DNA of 64,000 nucleotides from Lophium mytilinum (lineage: Eukaryota). Positions 25,476 through 36,437 of this stretch are shown piece after piece. The stretch spans positions 1,860,001-1,924,000 of the forward strand of contig MU004181.1 in the NCBI GenBank assembly GCA_010093605.1, in the 5' to 3' direction. Position 1 is the stretch's first letter; each line of letters begins with the position of its first letter. The position numbers and the translations under genes were made by a program. Under the pieces are notes generated by a model. It worked only from the letters and a program-made list of their open reading frames with translations, was not told where the DNA came from and searched no databases.

Positions 25476-26045
25476 ATGTCTCCGCGCGTTGCGTTCATAT
25501 CAGGGCCCCTCGATGCCTCCGACGAGTATTTCGCGACTCATTACGCTCCACGTATTCTCGCTGCCGCCGCCGCGGACGACTCCTTCGTGATCGGCCCTGT
25601 TCGCGGTGTCGATACCCTCGCCCTCCAGTTCCTCCTCGACCCTTTCCACGATGTCGGTCCTTCTCGCATCACGATATTCATGGCCGAGTTCGAGTTTGCT
25701 AGCAGGGGTTGGCGGCAAGGGTATGTAGAGAAGGGCGTGAAGATCTGGGAAGAGGGTATAACCACGCGGGAGCGGGACGCGGCCATGACACGAGAGAGCG
25801 ACTATGATATTTTAAGATACAGGACGGAGGAAGAAACGAAGGAGCTGTATGGAGCTGCTTGGTGGCCAAGAGTCAGCAACACCGAGATGAATGAGAGGAG
25901 GAGAAGGGAGCAGAGGGGCGAGGAGGTCGCGAAAGGAGGCACAGGGCTCCAGCAGGAGGTGCTGGACGAAGAGGTTAACATGCGCACTACCAAGACAGGC
26001 CTTAAAAAAACGCTTCGAGGTTTATTTGGAGACGCAGCTTCGTAA
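25476..26045 (+). CDS. Hypothetical 189-aa protein, probable SLOG (DprA/YpsA/LOG-like) Rossmannoid fold
   Basis: Intronless ORF. Pattern VAFISGP...FVIGPVRGVDTLAL...RDAAMTRESDYDI parallels the SLOG G..G.D and R(N/D)..M...SD motifs. The fold assignment is inference. Confidence 0.7.
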   Translation: MSPRVAFISGPLDASDEYFATHYAPRILAAAAADDSFVIGPVRGVDTLALQFLLDPFHDVGPSRITIFMAEFEFASRGWRQGYVEKGVKIWEEGITTRERDAAMTRESDYDILRYRTEEETKELYGAAWWPRVSNTEMNERRRREQRGEEVAKGGTGLQQEVLDEEVNMRTTKTGLKKTLRGLFGDAAS

Positions 26046-27790
26046 GTGGTCGACCTCAAGCCGGACTGGCCCCTGAACTGGGTGGTGGCTGTCTGAGGAC
26101 TTTGGGAAAGCAAACATGCTTGAAGCTGGAGATCTGATATATGAAGAACACTGAACATAGGTTTTCCTCCTATACCCCTACGGGAATCGAGGTTGTATAG
26201 TTTCATAGTTCTATTCTTATCTCATGAGTGCTCCGCGGCGATCATCCGCAATATCCGAGCGCCTTGCAGACGGCGTTTTTAGCAGCGCGACGGTGGACGA
26301 CGTCACGCCTTCACAGCAGATTTTTGCATTTTCTTTTACCAAACAACAACACCCTAATTGGCCTTTCATCCAGCTGCTGTGTAGTTGCCGATACCTATTC
26401 TTCTCAATTGACCCCTTCATAATACTCCTCCGCCTTCTCAATCAACTTGGCATCAGAAAAATGGACTGCATTCCACTTCCCATAGTTTGCTTCCAGTGCG
26501 GAACGTAGGGCTTCTCTATGCGCTCCATATCTCCGCGACCTAGGGTTACTGACTGGGACTGGAGGGACCAGAACCCATGTCACTGCAAAGTTGTCGGGCC
26601 AACAATTGGATTCGCAGTGACAGTCGTGATGGCGGTGAGTTTCATTTCTGTATACGCTCACAGAGGCACAGTGACAGGCCATAAGTCTGGGCACACTAGT
26701 TCACCACTGCTTGGGGTAACCCCACAGGAGTTCCGAGATCCAGCAGCGATGTCGAGGTTCAAGCACTACAGATTAGACTACCTCTTGCCTATCTGGCTGT
26801 TCAGCCACCAGGCTACCCCAAACAGTGGTGTCGAGTGAGCAAGTTGGAGCCAAGCTGTAATGAATCTGTGTGCTCAGGCTTATGGCTTAGTACTGTATAT
26901 CAAACTTGACTGACATGCATAGGTTGTCTGCTGGCCAGCCTCTCTTTTTTGCTGCTGCTGCGCAACCGAAACCGGGAAACAGTATGACAGTCCTTCTCCT
27001 CCTCGAGACGTGGTATGGGATTACCCTGACGCATATTTAGGGTTCTTGCGGCTCCGGTGGATACAGGGAACGCGGTCAGTAATGCGATACCGTTCTGATA
27101 TTTAGCTTGGGGCGAGAGTAAAAGATAGAGGTACACAATGGACAATGAGGGCATGTAATGTCTGGGACGGGTGAGTGAAAGAGGGTTTCTGCCAAAGAAA
27201 TGCGGCGAATCATGCACCATAACATGCTGCGGGTACTTATAATATGGTGAAGAGTCTACTTTCTCATCCACTATCATTTCTGTGTCTTCCTCTGTGAAAA
27301 TCTACCACCGGGAGAAGCCTTCTTTCCCCTCCACCCATCCAGCAGGTGAAGTGAAAGCTCGCCAGTGATAGTCACATGACCCGTCGCCTACAACGGCCTT
27401 TATCAACTCGGAGTGCGGTGAGCCTCCTCCAACCTCCAACCTCCACCAACCTTCTTGTGGTCGTCGTCACCTTCCACCTCCATCTCTTCCTTCTTCAACG
27501 CGCACACGTACACTCGTCCAGCACCGTCTGACGTCCTTCAACACACTTTCATATCGCCTGCTCTGAGCGTTTTCCACGACCTGTCACCTCACTGGGGTCC
27601 TCCGCAAGGCGCCATCTGACGGTGCGAATTCACCGTAAGCACAATCCACTGAGCCTTTTCGACCGTCTCTAACCTTGCTAGGGTCCTCCTGACAACGTCA
27701 TTCCAACCGTTTGCATCCCACTACTGTACCCCCAAGGGCACCCCAACCACTCCACCTCCTCCGCAAAACCCACACCGCACAGACCCAATA

Positions 27791-28699
27791 ATGACGTCCT
27801 CTGCCTGGAAGGAGGATTGGGACGCTGAAGAGTTCGGAACGTGGCAAGACGGCCTAGATGCGATCGAGAACTTCGACTGGGATGCACACCCGATGAGTGC
27901 TGCCAGGTCCCCCAGCGCTGTGCCAACTCAGCAGCACGGCGATGTCAAGAGCAACACCCCCCAGATTGAGGCTGCTGAGACTGCCCAGGAAGAGCGCGTC
28001 CTGGAGGACCCTGACGCTGCTACCGCCCCGTCAAACGCGCAGGCCGAGGCTGCTGATTCCAATGCTGGCCCGAGTCAAGAGGATGATCGAGCCGCCATCA
28101 TGGCACGTCTCGTGGCCATTGGTTGGGACGCCAAGGCCCTGCAGAAGCAGAACATGGACAAGTTGAAGAAGAAGCTCGCAAAGGGTCCTGCCAAAGAGGC
28201 CACCGCGTACGACAAAATGACGCGTGAGCATTTGAAAGAACTGCTCAATGGCCGCAACATCGCCTTCATCGTCAAAGAGAGCAAGAAGGTCTTGATCGAG
28301 AAGTTGTTGCAAGATGACGCGAAAGAGGGTGACAAGGCGTCGGAAGTTGAGGAAGATGAGGCGAAAGAGGGGACCCCCGAGTCTCTCGATCTCGTGGACG
28401 CCGACGCAGTGGCCCCCAATGCGTCGGACTCGGAGCTCAGCAGTGAAGAGGAGGCCCCAGAAGTCGTGGAAGAAGAACCGAAAGCGGCCCCCAAGCGTGG
28501 CAAGATGAGGAAGAACGAGCACGAAGAGCCTACGCGGCGTAGCACTCGTGTTGCTACCAGGACTGCAGTTGTGGAAGAAGCACCGAAAACGGCCCCTAAG
28601 CGTGGCAAGAAGAAGGAGAAGGAGCAGCAAGAGCCTACGAGACGTAGCGCTCGTGCCGCCTCCATGGCCGCCTCCAAGGCCGCCTCCAAGGCCTCTTAG
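27791..28699 (+). CDS. 302-aa protein with SAP/HeH-like helix-extension-helix domain, acidic tract and duplicated basic tail
   Basis: YDKMTREHLKELLNGRNIAFIVKESKKVLIEKLLQDD fits the SAP pattern. Two ~35-aa repeats VVEE.PK.APKRGK...EPTRRS.R. GC-rich intact ORF, pyrimidine-rich upstream region, canonical 5'-UTR intron 27635-27681 (GTAAGC...CTAAC...TAG). Confidence 0.8.
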   Translation: MTSSAWKEDWDAEEFGTWQDGLDAIENFDWDAHPMSAARSPSAVPTQQHGDVKSNTPQIEAAETAQEERVLEDPDAATAPSNAQAEAADSNAGPSQEDDRAAIMARLVAIGWDAKALQKQNMDKLKKKLAKGPAKEATAYDKMTREHLKELLNGRNIAFIVKESKKVLIEKLLQDDAKEGDKASEVEEDEAKEGTPESLDLVDADAVAPNASDSELSSEEEAPEVVEEEPKAAPKRGKMRKNEHEEPTRRSTRVATRTAVVEEAPKTAPKRGKKKEKEQQEPTRRSARAASMAASKAASKAS

Positions 28700-28849
28700 G
28701 GGAGAAGTTTGGGGGAGGGGGAGGGGGAATGATGGGGCGGAAGCGTGGGGTGGATGCTTGGTCGCTTTGGGTACTAAAAGCGCTAAAAGTTGGGCACGTA
28801 GGGTAGTTTGCCTCGATCCTTGGGCCAGTCGTGAATCAGGACAGTTGAT

Positions 28850-29925
28850 AGTTTGATTTGGGAGGTTGCTAGCGGCTCTATACCCCCCCGGGCCCAATCG
28901 GTTAGGCGTTTCGGCGAATGTCAAGTCTCTAAGATCCTAATTCTGACTCTCTTCTTGAAGTGTTTGACCACGTGCTGGTTTGTGAGGTGTGGGTTTGTGA
29001 ATTGATATCGAGGCAATAGATTGAACGGTTAATAGGTTGGTTTTGGGGGGTTAGTGATGGCTCTATACCCCCCCTGGCCTAACCAGCTAGATTTTTCGGA
29101 GGATGTCAAGTACGAGAGAGTTCAAATTAGGCTCGCGGTGCTAGGGTTGTAAAGAGTAGTGTGGGACACCTCCAGCCGTACTGAAAAAACACAAGTAGAA
29201 TGTCAAGTGCAGAAGGGTTCAGATTGTATTGGATTGATTTGGGCTTGTTTGGGGGTGGGATGGCGCCGTCTGAAGTCCTCTGGCACTGCCGAAAAATCCA
29301 GAATAGGATGTTAAGTGCGGCAGGATTCAGATTGTATTGGGTTGATTTAGGCTTGTTTGCGAGTGGGATGGCACCGTCTGAAGTCCTCTGGCACTGCCGA
29401 AAAATACATAATAGGATGTCAAGTGCGGCAGGGTTCAGATCGTACCGCGTTGATTTCGGCTTTTTTGGGGGTGGGTTGGTACCGTCTGAAGTCCTTCCGC
29501 AGTGCCAAAAGATATAGAACAGGATGTCAAGCGCGGCAGGGTTCAAATTGTATTAGGTTAATTTAAGGCCGTTTGGGCACGGGATACTACCGTCTGAAGT
29601 CCCCTGGCACTACCAAAAAATATGGAATAGGATGTCAAAGTTCAAGGGGTTCGAATTGTACTTCGTTGATTCGGACCTGTTTGGGGGTAGGATGGTACCG
29701 TCTGAAGTCCTCTGGCACTGCCAAAAAGTATAGAATAGGATGTCAAAGTTCAAGGGGTTCGAATTGAGATCGCGATGCCTGCGCTGTAGGATATGGCCCC
29801 AGACACCTCCGGGCGTACTGAAATAATACAGGGAGGATGTCAAGTTTGTAGGGTCTTTTACCTGACTCTCTTCTGAACCTCTATGACTACGTGCTGGTTC
29901 GTGAGGTGCAATTTTGTGAGTCGAC
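28850..29925. repeat. Modular tandem array: five 108-bp units plus flanking duplicated modules, all delimited by ATGTCAA
   Basis: Unit starts about 29197, 29305, 29413, 29521, 29629, 29737 (period 108) with invariant CCGTCTGAAGTCC in the five full units. Module 29100-29196 resembles 29737-29833, 28918-29000 resembles 29837-29920, and 28853-28925 resembles 29038-29110. Confidence 0.95.
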
Positions 29926-29999
29926 TTGTACTGCTGATTCTGAGGCTGAAACGCATTAGGGGCATCCGGAATTGTGAATTATATGCTGATGTGTGTATA

Positions 30000-30870
30000 C
30001 TTATCTACCACCGTCTGGGGTGCCCCCATGTACTCCTAGAAATCAATCCAAAACAACAATATCCGTACCTACTCCCAGTGTGTACAACGGTTTACCGCCG
30101 TCTGGGGTGGCCCCACGTGATCCTAGAAATCAATCCAGAACAACAATTTCTATTCTTCATTTATGCACACCGGTCCACCGGCGTCTAAAGTGCCTTAGCA
30201 TGTTATAAGAACCGAGAACAGCACACCATGTTTCTACAATATGCACACCAGTCTACCGCCGTCTGGGGTGGCCCCACGTGCTCCCAGAAAACAATCCAAA
30301 ACAATAGTTTCGGCTCGTAGTATGGGTACCCCTCTCTGCCAGTATCTGGAGTGCCTCAGCATATTACACTGAGTTTAATTTTCTCTCAAAGAGCAATACA
30401 AGATGCTACAAAGGAAAAGAGATAACTATACGTAGTGAAAAGGGGGTGTACGAGCAGTGACTAGGGAGTGTGCGAGTAGTATCCCCTATTATCCAAGACT
30501 GGAACCAATACATTATACTTCCCATCTAGGTGTCCTTTCCCGCCACCGTTTTATAGTGCCTTAAAATACTTCCAGAAACCCAGCACAGCCCGTCACAATA
30601 ATATATACGTATACCTATCTACCGCTGTCTGCGGTCCCTCAGCCTATCCCCGCATATCTAAAATCAGCTCCTATTTAATCTACCTACCCTTTCCCGCCAT
30701 TGCTTGTGGTGCCTCAACTTACTCTTAGAAATCTAGAATAGTACGTCCCAGTTCCAGCCCGTGTACAGCTCTCTACCGCCGTCTGAATTCCATCATCCCA
30801 TCCTCAGAAAATCCGAAACATCAGCTCCCCTCCCAGTTTACTCACCCTCTCCCGCCACCACCTGAAGTTC
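30000..30870. repeat. Degenerate ~80-87-bp tandem array
   Basis: Units near 30005, 30092, 30175, 30253, 30336 with ACCGCCGTCTGGGGTG...CCTAGAAATCAATCC. More decayed units near 30540, 30620, 30692, 30773, 30851. Confidence 0.8.
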
Positions 30871-30964
30871 GTCCTCATACAGTACTGCGCTACAGGTCTA
30901 TGCACACAATTCCGTCACTGTTTAGCTCCAATGTTGTTCACTGAACAACACTGCAACGGGAAGC

Positions 30965-31310
30965 CTCGCTAGTCGGTGACCACTCTGTTAAGAGTTGTTT
31001 TTAGTTCTTATTTCGTCAGCCACTGCATCTGATATAGCATATTTAACTTAAGAAGCCCTAGTCTTACTCAGCCAACACTACTATAAGAGGTGGCCCCGCT
31101 GGTCGGTAACCACTATTGTAAGACGTAGTCCGATTCCCTTTGCGTTAACCACTCCATCTCATGTCGCATATTCAACTTAAAAAGCTTTCGGCCTATCAAG
31201 CCAATACCACTATAAGGGGTAGCCCAACTGCTCCGCAGAAACCTAGTCAATTGGTAGTCTAATCTCCAGTACTTAGACCTCAACATCGCCCATAGATCTT
31301 CAAACATCCT
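30965..31310. repeat. Degenerate ~130-bp tandem duplication related to the right inverted repeat
   Basis: CGCTAGTCGGTGACCACT (30967) vs CGCTGGTCGGTAACCACT (31097). ATTTAACTTAAGAAGC vs ATTCAACTTAAAAAGC. ACTATAAGAGGTGGCCC vs ACTATAAGGGGTAGCCC. A similar block recurs near 31417. Confidence 0.65.
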
Positions 31311-32875
31311 TCAACGACCCGCAACAACAACCTCAGAATCCTAGCCTGTGTACAGCACCAGGCCGTAAGTCTAGGCACACGGACTCATCACTGCTCGACT
31401 CCAATCTTGCTTACTCGACACCACTGAGAGGGGTAGCTCGACTAGTTCGTAGCCAATGCGCCAGAAAGCAGTCTGACTTGCACGGCCTCATGTACGAGAT
31501 CTCATGAGGTAGCTATAAGCAGTGGTGAGGGAGTGTGGACGCACTTCTGGCCGGTCGCTGTACGCTGTGTACACGCGCTCGCCGCCGTCAGAAGTCCCTT
31601 CATACATCAGCAATAGTTAAGGAAAAGGATTAGCACATCCAGTCTACGCACACTCACTCAACACCATCAGAGATACCCCAGCAAGGTTCACAGGCAACTG
31701 AAGAGTATGATGTTAATAAAATCAATTCGCATTGCATTGCCTATGCGCACACCCCCATCCTCTCATCTCCCTGCCCACAGTCATCAAACACTCGTTCTTA
31801 CTACCACCCGCTGCCCCTGCCCCGCGCAAACAAACTCCCCATTCCCGCTCTCGTGATGCAAGTCTACACCTCCACCATCACCACCTCCCTTAGCGCACCA
31901 CACCGTGGGCAGAACCAGAACACAAAAGAATACAGCATCAGGAGTCGGTGTGCGATACAGAGGTTGCATGTGCTAACAAGGCATAACACAAAAAAGGTGA
32001 ACAAAGCCCAGACGCCGCCGCCGCCGCCGCCCCAGTCCCATATTCTCCCGCCCTGGGTGCTCTACCCAGTTTGACAAGCCTCCCCTGGGTCCCTCTCGCT
32101 GGATGTACCAATCTGCGAGCCGGGGAACACCGAGGAAACCAAACAAGACGAAGAAGAATCAAGGGACGCATGTGTACGTGAGGTTTAGAAAAAACGCCCC
32201 CGCCCGGAAAAGGAAGAGAGATATAGACAGCGGGCGGACTGTCCTAAATGAACATAAAGGAGCCACCGAAAGAAAATCAGGAACGCAAACAAGGGAGCTC
32301 ATATTTGTCTACAAGACAGGTTACGCAAGGAAATGAAGTGGAAATGGAATAGTGGTGGTGGGCTCAGCCGAATTTTGGGGGCGGAAGATTTTCAGACTGA
32401 GCTGATGGTTTGATGTTGTACATGTTGACGAGGGGGGCGGTCCTCGATGGTAATCCGGAACTCCAGTTGTGTGCCCTGACGTAGAACTCCGAGTTTTGCT
32501 TTCGTGGGTAAGATATGAGAGTGGTGACTTGGTCTCATGTTGCACTGATGGTTTATGGAAGCCTGTTAGATAGAAGCCGCCGATGAGGATGTGCGAATAT
32601 GGATGGCGAGACTTCTCCGAGGGCCTGAGGTCCTCTGACGACCATTTGAACGGGCGGTTGGAGGTAGATTGCATGTTCGTTTTGATTTGGCGATATAGGT
32701 GAGTGGCGCGAAGGCGGGCGCATATACATTGGCGGCTCCAATAGTGAATCGTGCCGCTCAACACTAACCGCACGCGTGTTAACATCACGTGCTGCTGGCT
32801 TATGACAATAATGATGATTAACTGCGACGGTGTGAGTCTCCTCTGGCCATCCATCTGCTCAGATTAGTCCGCCAC

Positions 32876-34767
32876 TCACCTCCGGTTCATCTGACCTTGC
32901 TGCATGGCCATGCCCATAGGCACCCCGTTTGGTTGCATGCCGGCCATGCCGTAAGGATTCTGATGATGACCCATATCCTGTGCCAGGAAAGTGCTGATCG
33001 GCATTTGATTCAGTCCTTGGGCTTGTCCGATAGAACAGTCTTTGTGCGCAAGGAGGAGTGTCTTCAGGTTGACGATCTCTTCGCGGAGCTGAGTGACCTG
33101 GGCTGATAGCGCGTCATTCTCGGTACCATAGACTTCGACTTTGTTCTGCAAGTTGGCAAGCCATTGCTTCTTCCGTTGACGACATTTCAGCGCAGCAACC
33201 CTAGAGCCACGTTAGCATTGAGCAGTCTGACTAGACAGCTAGTGAAGAATGGAAGGGTGAACGTACCGATTTCTCTCCAAAAAGTTCTTTCGCTTTTCCT
33301 CGTCGGTCATCTTTTTGCCATGCTCGTTGAGCTCTTCCTTCATGTTGTCCATGTCCATATCGGAATCTTCGTCCGCTGTGTGAGACTGAACGCTACCGCT
33401 ACCGCCCTTCTGCTTCTTGTTGCCACCTTTGGGACCGTCGTCGGCCTTTCTTCGGGAAGCCGCTGTTGTTTTGGTGTTGCTGCCCTTCTTCTGTCGTGAT
33501 CGCGTCGACGGCTTCGTCTGCTCACTGTGACCGCTTTCAGAGAAGTCGCCTGTGTCGGCAGACCCTGTTATGCTGTGGACGGATCCCTTGGGATTATGGT
33601 GATGGGTTTGCTGCTGGTCCTGTGGCATCTGGACGGGCATGTGGCCCATGCTGTTATTCATGTGAGCTGGCTGGTTTGGAACAGCAAATTGCCCGTTGGT
33701 GCGATTGCCGTTGGGTTGGTTAGCCTGTGTAGCCTGAGCGAATGATAATAAGTCGTTCGCTGCACCAGTCACGTCGTGCTGTCCGAATATGTCTTGCTGA
33801 TTACGCTGCTGCTGTGGATGCTGTGGCTGCTGCGGTTGTTGATAGCTGTGTTGAGCAGGATCTGGCTGCGAGGTTGGGTTGCTGGTGACCGGAAACTTGG
33901 TCTGAGCAGCTGCTCTCAAAGCGGATTGCTGGAAGTCAGCAGTACTGGGAGTGACACCACCGCTTTGAAGATTGAATATGGCTTGTGAGTTTGGACTCGG
34001 TGCCGGGAACATAGAACCACCTCCTCCAGGCGTAAGACCAGTGCGGAGTGACGACTCGTTGGGTGTGGGGAAGCCTCTGAAGCTCTGATTGAAGTAATCG
34101 CTGTCGCCGGTTGGCCCTTGGAGCATAGCAGGGCTCAACGGGCCAGCTCGTAACGATTGCCAGCCAGGCGTGATGCCCGGCAAAGGCGATGGGGACGTAA
34201 TATTTGCGACGGGCGGTAGGATCGGCCGACCGCCGGGTGTTTCTGCGGACGGGTTCCCGAAGGACTGCTCGAACACGTTCGGCTCGAGACTGAATGGATT
34301 GTGTACGGTGTTGAAGTAGTCGGGCGTGTCTGACGGGCCGCCGTTCTGGCCTCCGTTCTGGGAGGGTCGCGGTGGAGGCGCAAGCGGCGCATTCGAACCC
34401 GTCTGTGGAGCGGGCTTCGAATCGGGTTGTGATGGAGCAGCAGGCGCTTCTGTTATCGTGAGCTGACGGGGTCGAGGGCAAGAAGGGCAAGAGCGCAATG
34501 CGACATACCTGAGGGTGGCGTGGTCTGTTTTTCAATCTTCGTTATGTCTGCTGCAGAGGGCATTGTTGTCAGCGTCGTCGTCACTCAGGCCATAGTTCAC
34601 GCAACAACGCCTTGGCTGGCAAGCAAGTAAAACAGGCAATGGGATTGAGGTGAGGGCACAGAGTCAGGGTGGCGACCATTGGCCCAGCGCACAGTGAAGC
34701 AGAGAAGGGTGGGCTCACCAGGCACAGTTTTAGAGTCAGTCCGTTCGGGCGACGACTTGACAGCCAT
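32876..34767 (-). CDS. atfA: bZIP stress-response transcription factor Atf1/AtfA
   Basis: Four-exon model from ATG 34767. FSLEPNVFEQSF (OSA-type), SLRAGPLSPAMLQGP and FPTPNESSLRTGLTPGGGGSMFP (HRA/HRR-type), bZIP EEKRKNFLERNR|VAALKCRQRKKQWLANLQ. Confidence 0.95.
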
Positions 34768-36437
34768 GTTGAAAGAGGAGGTATGTGCCGGGTATCGTAT
34801 GAATGGCTCGAGTTGGGCGAAGTGACGTAGTGTGGAAGGTTGTCTGCCCTTTAAAAGAACGACGTATTCTCGGCTCGTGGGTGCAATGGGTGCCAGCAGC
34901 CAGCACCACCAGCGGGCTCCGAACGACTCGGTGCTAAGGGGCCACACGCCTGTTCAGCCAATTGACCTCTATCTCTACAAAGACCCATGCACGTTAGCAA
35001 AGTGCTCCAACAGCGTCCTGCACCGCTGCGACGGCCACGGACGGGCGTCGAGGGCTGCTGCGCTGGGTGGCGACGCCCTTGCGACGAGGGAGGACTATGG
35101 ACCTACCAGTGAGGCAGCACACCAGTACCACGGCGACAGCTGCGGGGGCGCGGTGGGCGTTGGAGAAGAATCCACGGCGCAATGTCCAGGCACGCTCTCG
35201 ACGTTCCAGGGCTGTCTTGTCGCAGTCGGCCAGTGTCGTCACGGCCAAAGATGACGTCGTGGTTCCCCTTAAACGAGGCGGCAGAGGCTTCCGTCAACAA
35301 CGCGCTTTGTTCCGCGGTGCTGGGCGTTTTGCTCGATGGGCCGGACGTGTGAGAGGCCGCTTGCCAGTGCGATGAATGTCTTCGTGCCGGGCGCGCGGTG
35401 CGGGGAGGCGATCTGCTCGGTGGCTTCGTGCTGCGTGTGTGATGACGTTGGAGAACCTGGGAGAGAAAATGTCGGGGCGAGGGCCACGGGCGATGTCATC
35501 ATACACATCATACACCCGGCAATGGCTGATTTAAAAGCCAATTGCCGAATTGGGCCTGGTCCGCTCACGTGATACCCTCTGCTAGCCGCATTCGAGGGGC
35601 TCCTCCGTAGCGCTGGCGGCCTCTGCACACTCCCTTCACACCGCCTACATTCACTCTCCTGTCTGAATAATATACGCAATTCTCATTCGATCTCTCGCTC
35701 TCGCTAGCTACTCAGAGGATTAGAGCCTCGAGGATCAGAGCTGCTCTACATGCTGCCGCGTCCCGCCTCTCCCTCCCTCCCTCTCGGTATCTGATGTCGG
35801 AGACACTCCGAGCGCCTGCTCGGCAGCCAGACGCCGATGGGGCCACTCAAGCCGCATCCCTCGCCATCGGTTGCTGGCCAATATTCTCCTCCATTCGCTA
35901 GTTTCTCCTGCCGCCGGTGAAAGGGGTGCATTAGTCTCGCTGCCCCTTTCTTGACCTCCTATATATTGACATCAATTTCTTAACCACCATTCGTGATAGC
36001 ATGCTACTGAATGTGTACGGGTTATTTAGGTGGTCACTGTGATTAGAACTGTAATCTTCCAACCGGCAAATACGAAAGCATCGATGAAGGTTCCAGCTCC
36101 ATCGTGTCAAACTAAATGCCTAAAACATTCAGATGTTCATATGTAAACCCAATGCCTATAAGATCCAGATGTCGTCCTTCGTTCAACCTGTGGACTGAGG
36201 TAAGGGTGAACAATCCCTGACATGACAATGAAGGAAGAGCGCCAAAGACGTGAGATGGAAAGAGGTAGTGCGACGTTGGAATTAAGCTTGCCGGGTGCAT
36301 CGGAGGTACCAGGCGCTGTACCAATCCGATCACAACGATGCAAATACCTCTCTCAGCGGCTATACTCTCGTGATCCTAAAGATTCAAAATCAACTCCAAT
36401 GCTACGCGATATTTGTCCTTCATCCTCTTCCAACAAC

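Larger units (their letters stand above)
26625..31595. mobile_element. Putative non-autonomous inverted-repeat-bounded element carrying a SAP-like gene and tandem arrays
   Basis: Reverse complement of about 26625-26900 aligns with about 31345-31595. Examples: CAGTGGTGTCGAGTGAGCAAG 26823-26843 vs CTTGCTTACTCGACACCACTG 31406-31426; TCACCACTGCTT 26701-26712 vs AAGCAGTGGTGA 31517-31528. No transposase or target-site duplication found. Confidence 0.5.

Noticed and set aside
26217..27277. Short minus-strand ORFs (74-125 aa)
   Set aside because: No recognisable domain and no consistent splice model. They flank or overlap the left inverted-repeat arm.
28031..28924. Long antisense ORFs (297 and 204 aa) over the SAP-like gene
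   Set aside because: Shadow ORFs of GC-rich, codon-biased sense coding sequence.
29197..29770. 108-bp array as a CRISPR array
   Set aside because: The variable parts are homologous to each other rather than unique spacers, there are no cas genes, and the DNA is eukaryotic.
29127..29843. Repeat-peptide ORFs on both strands of the array
   Set aside because: Open frames follow from the 108-bp (36-codon) period. They lack ATG starts or are cut by stops, and resemble no protein repeat I recognise.
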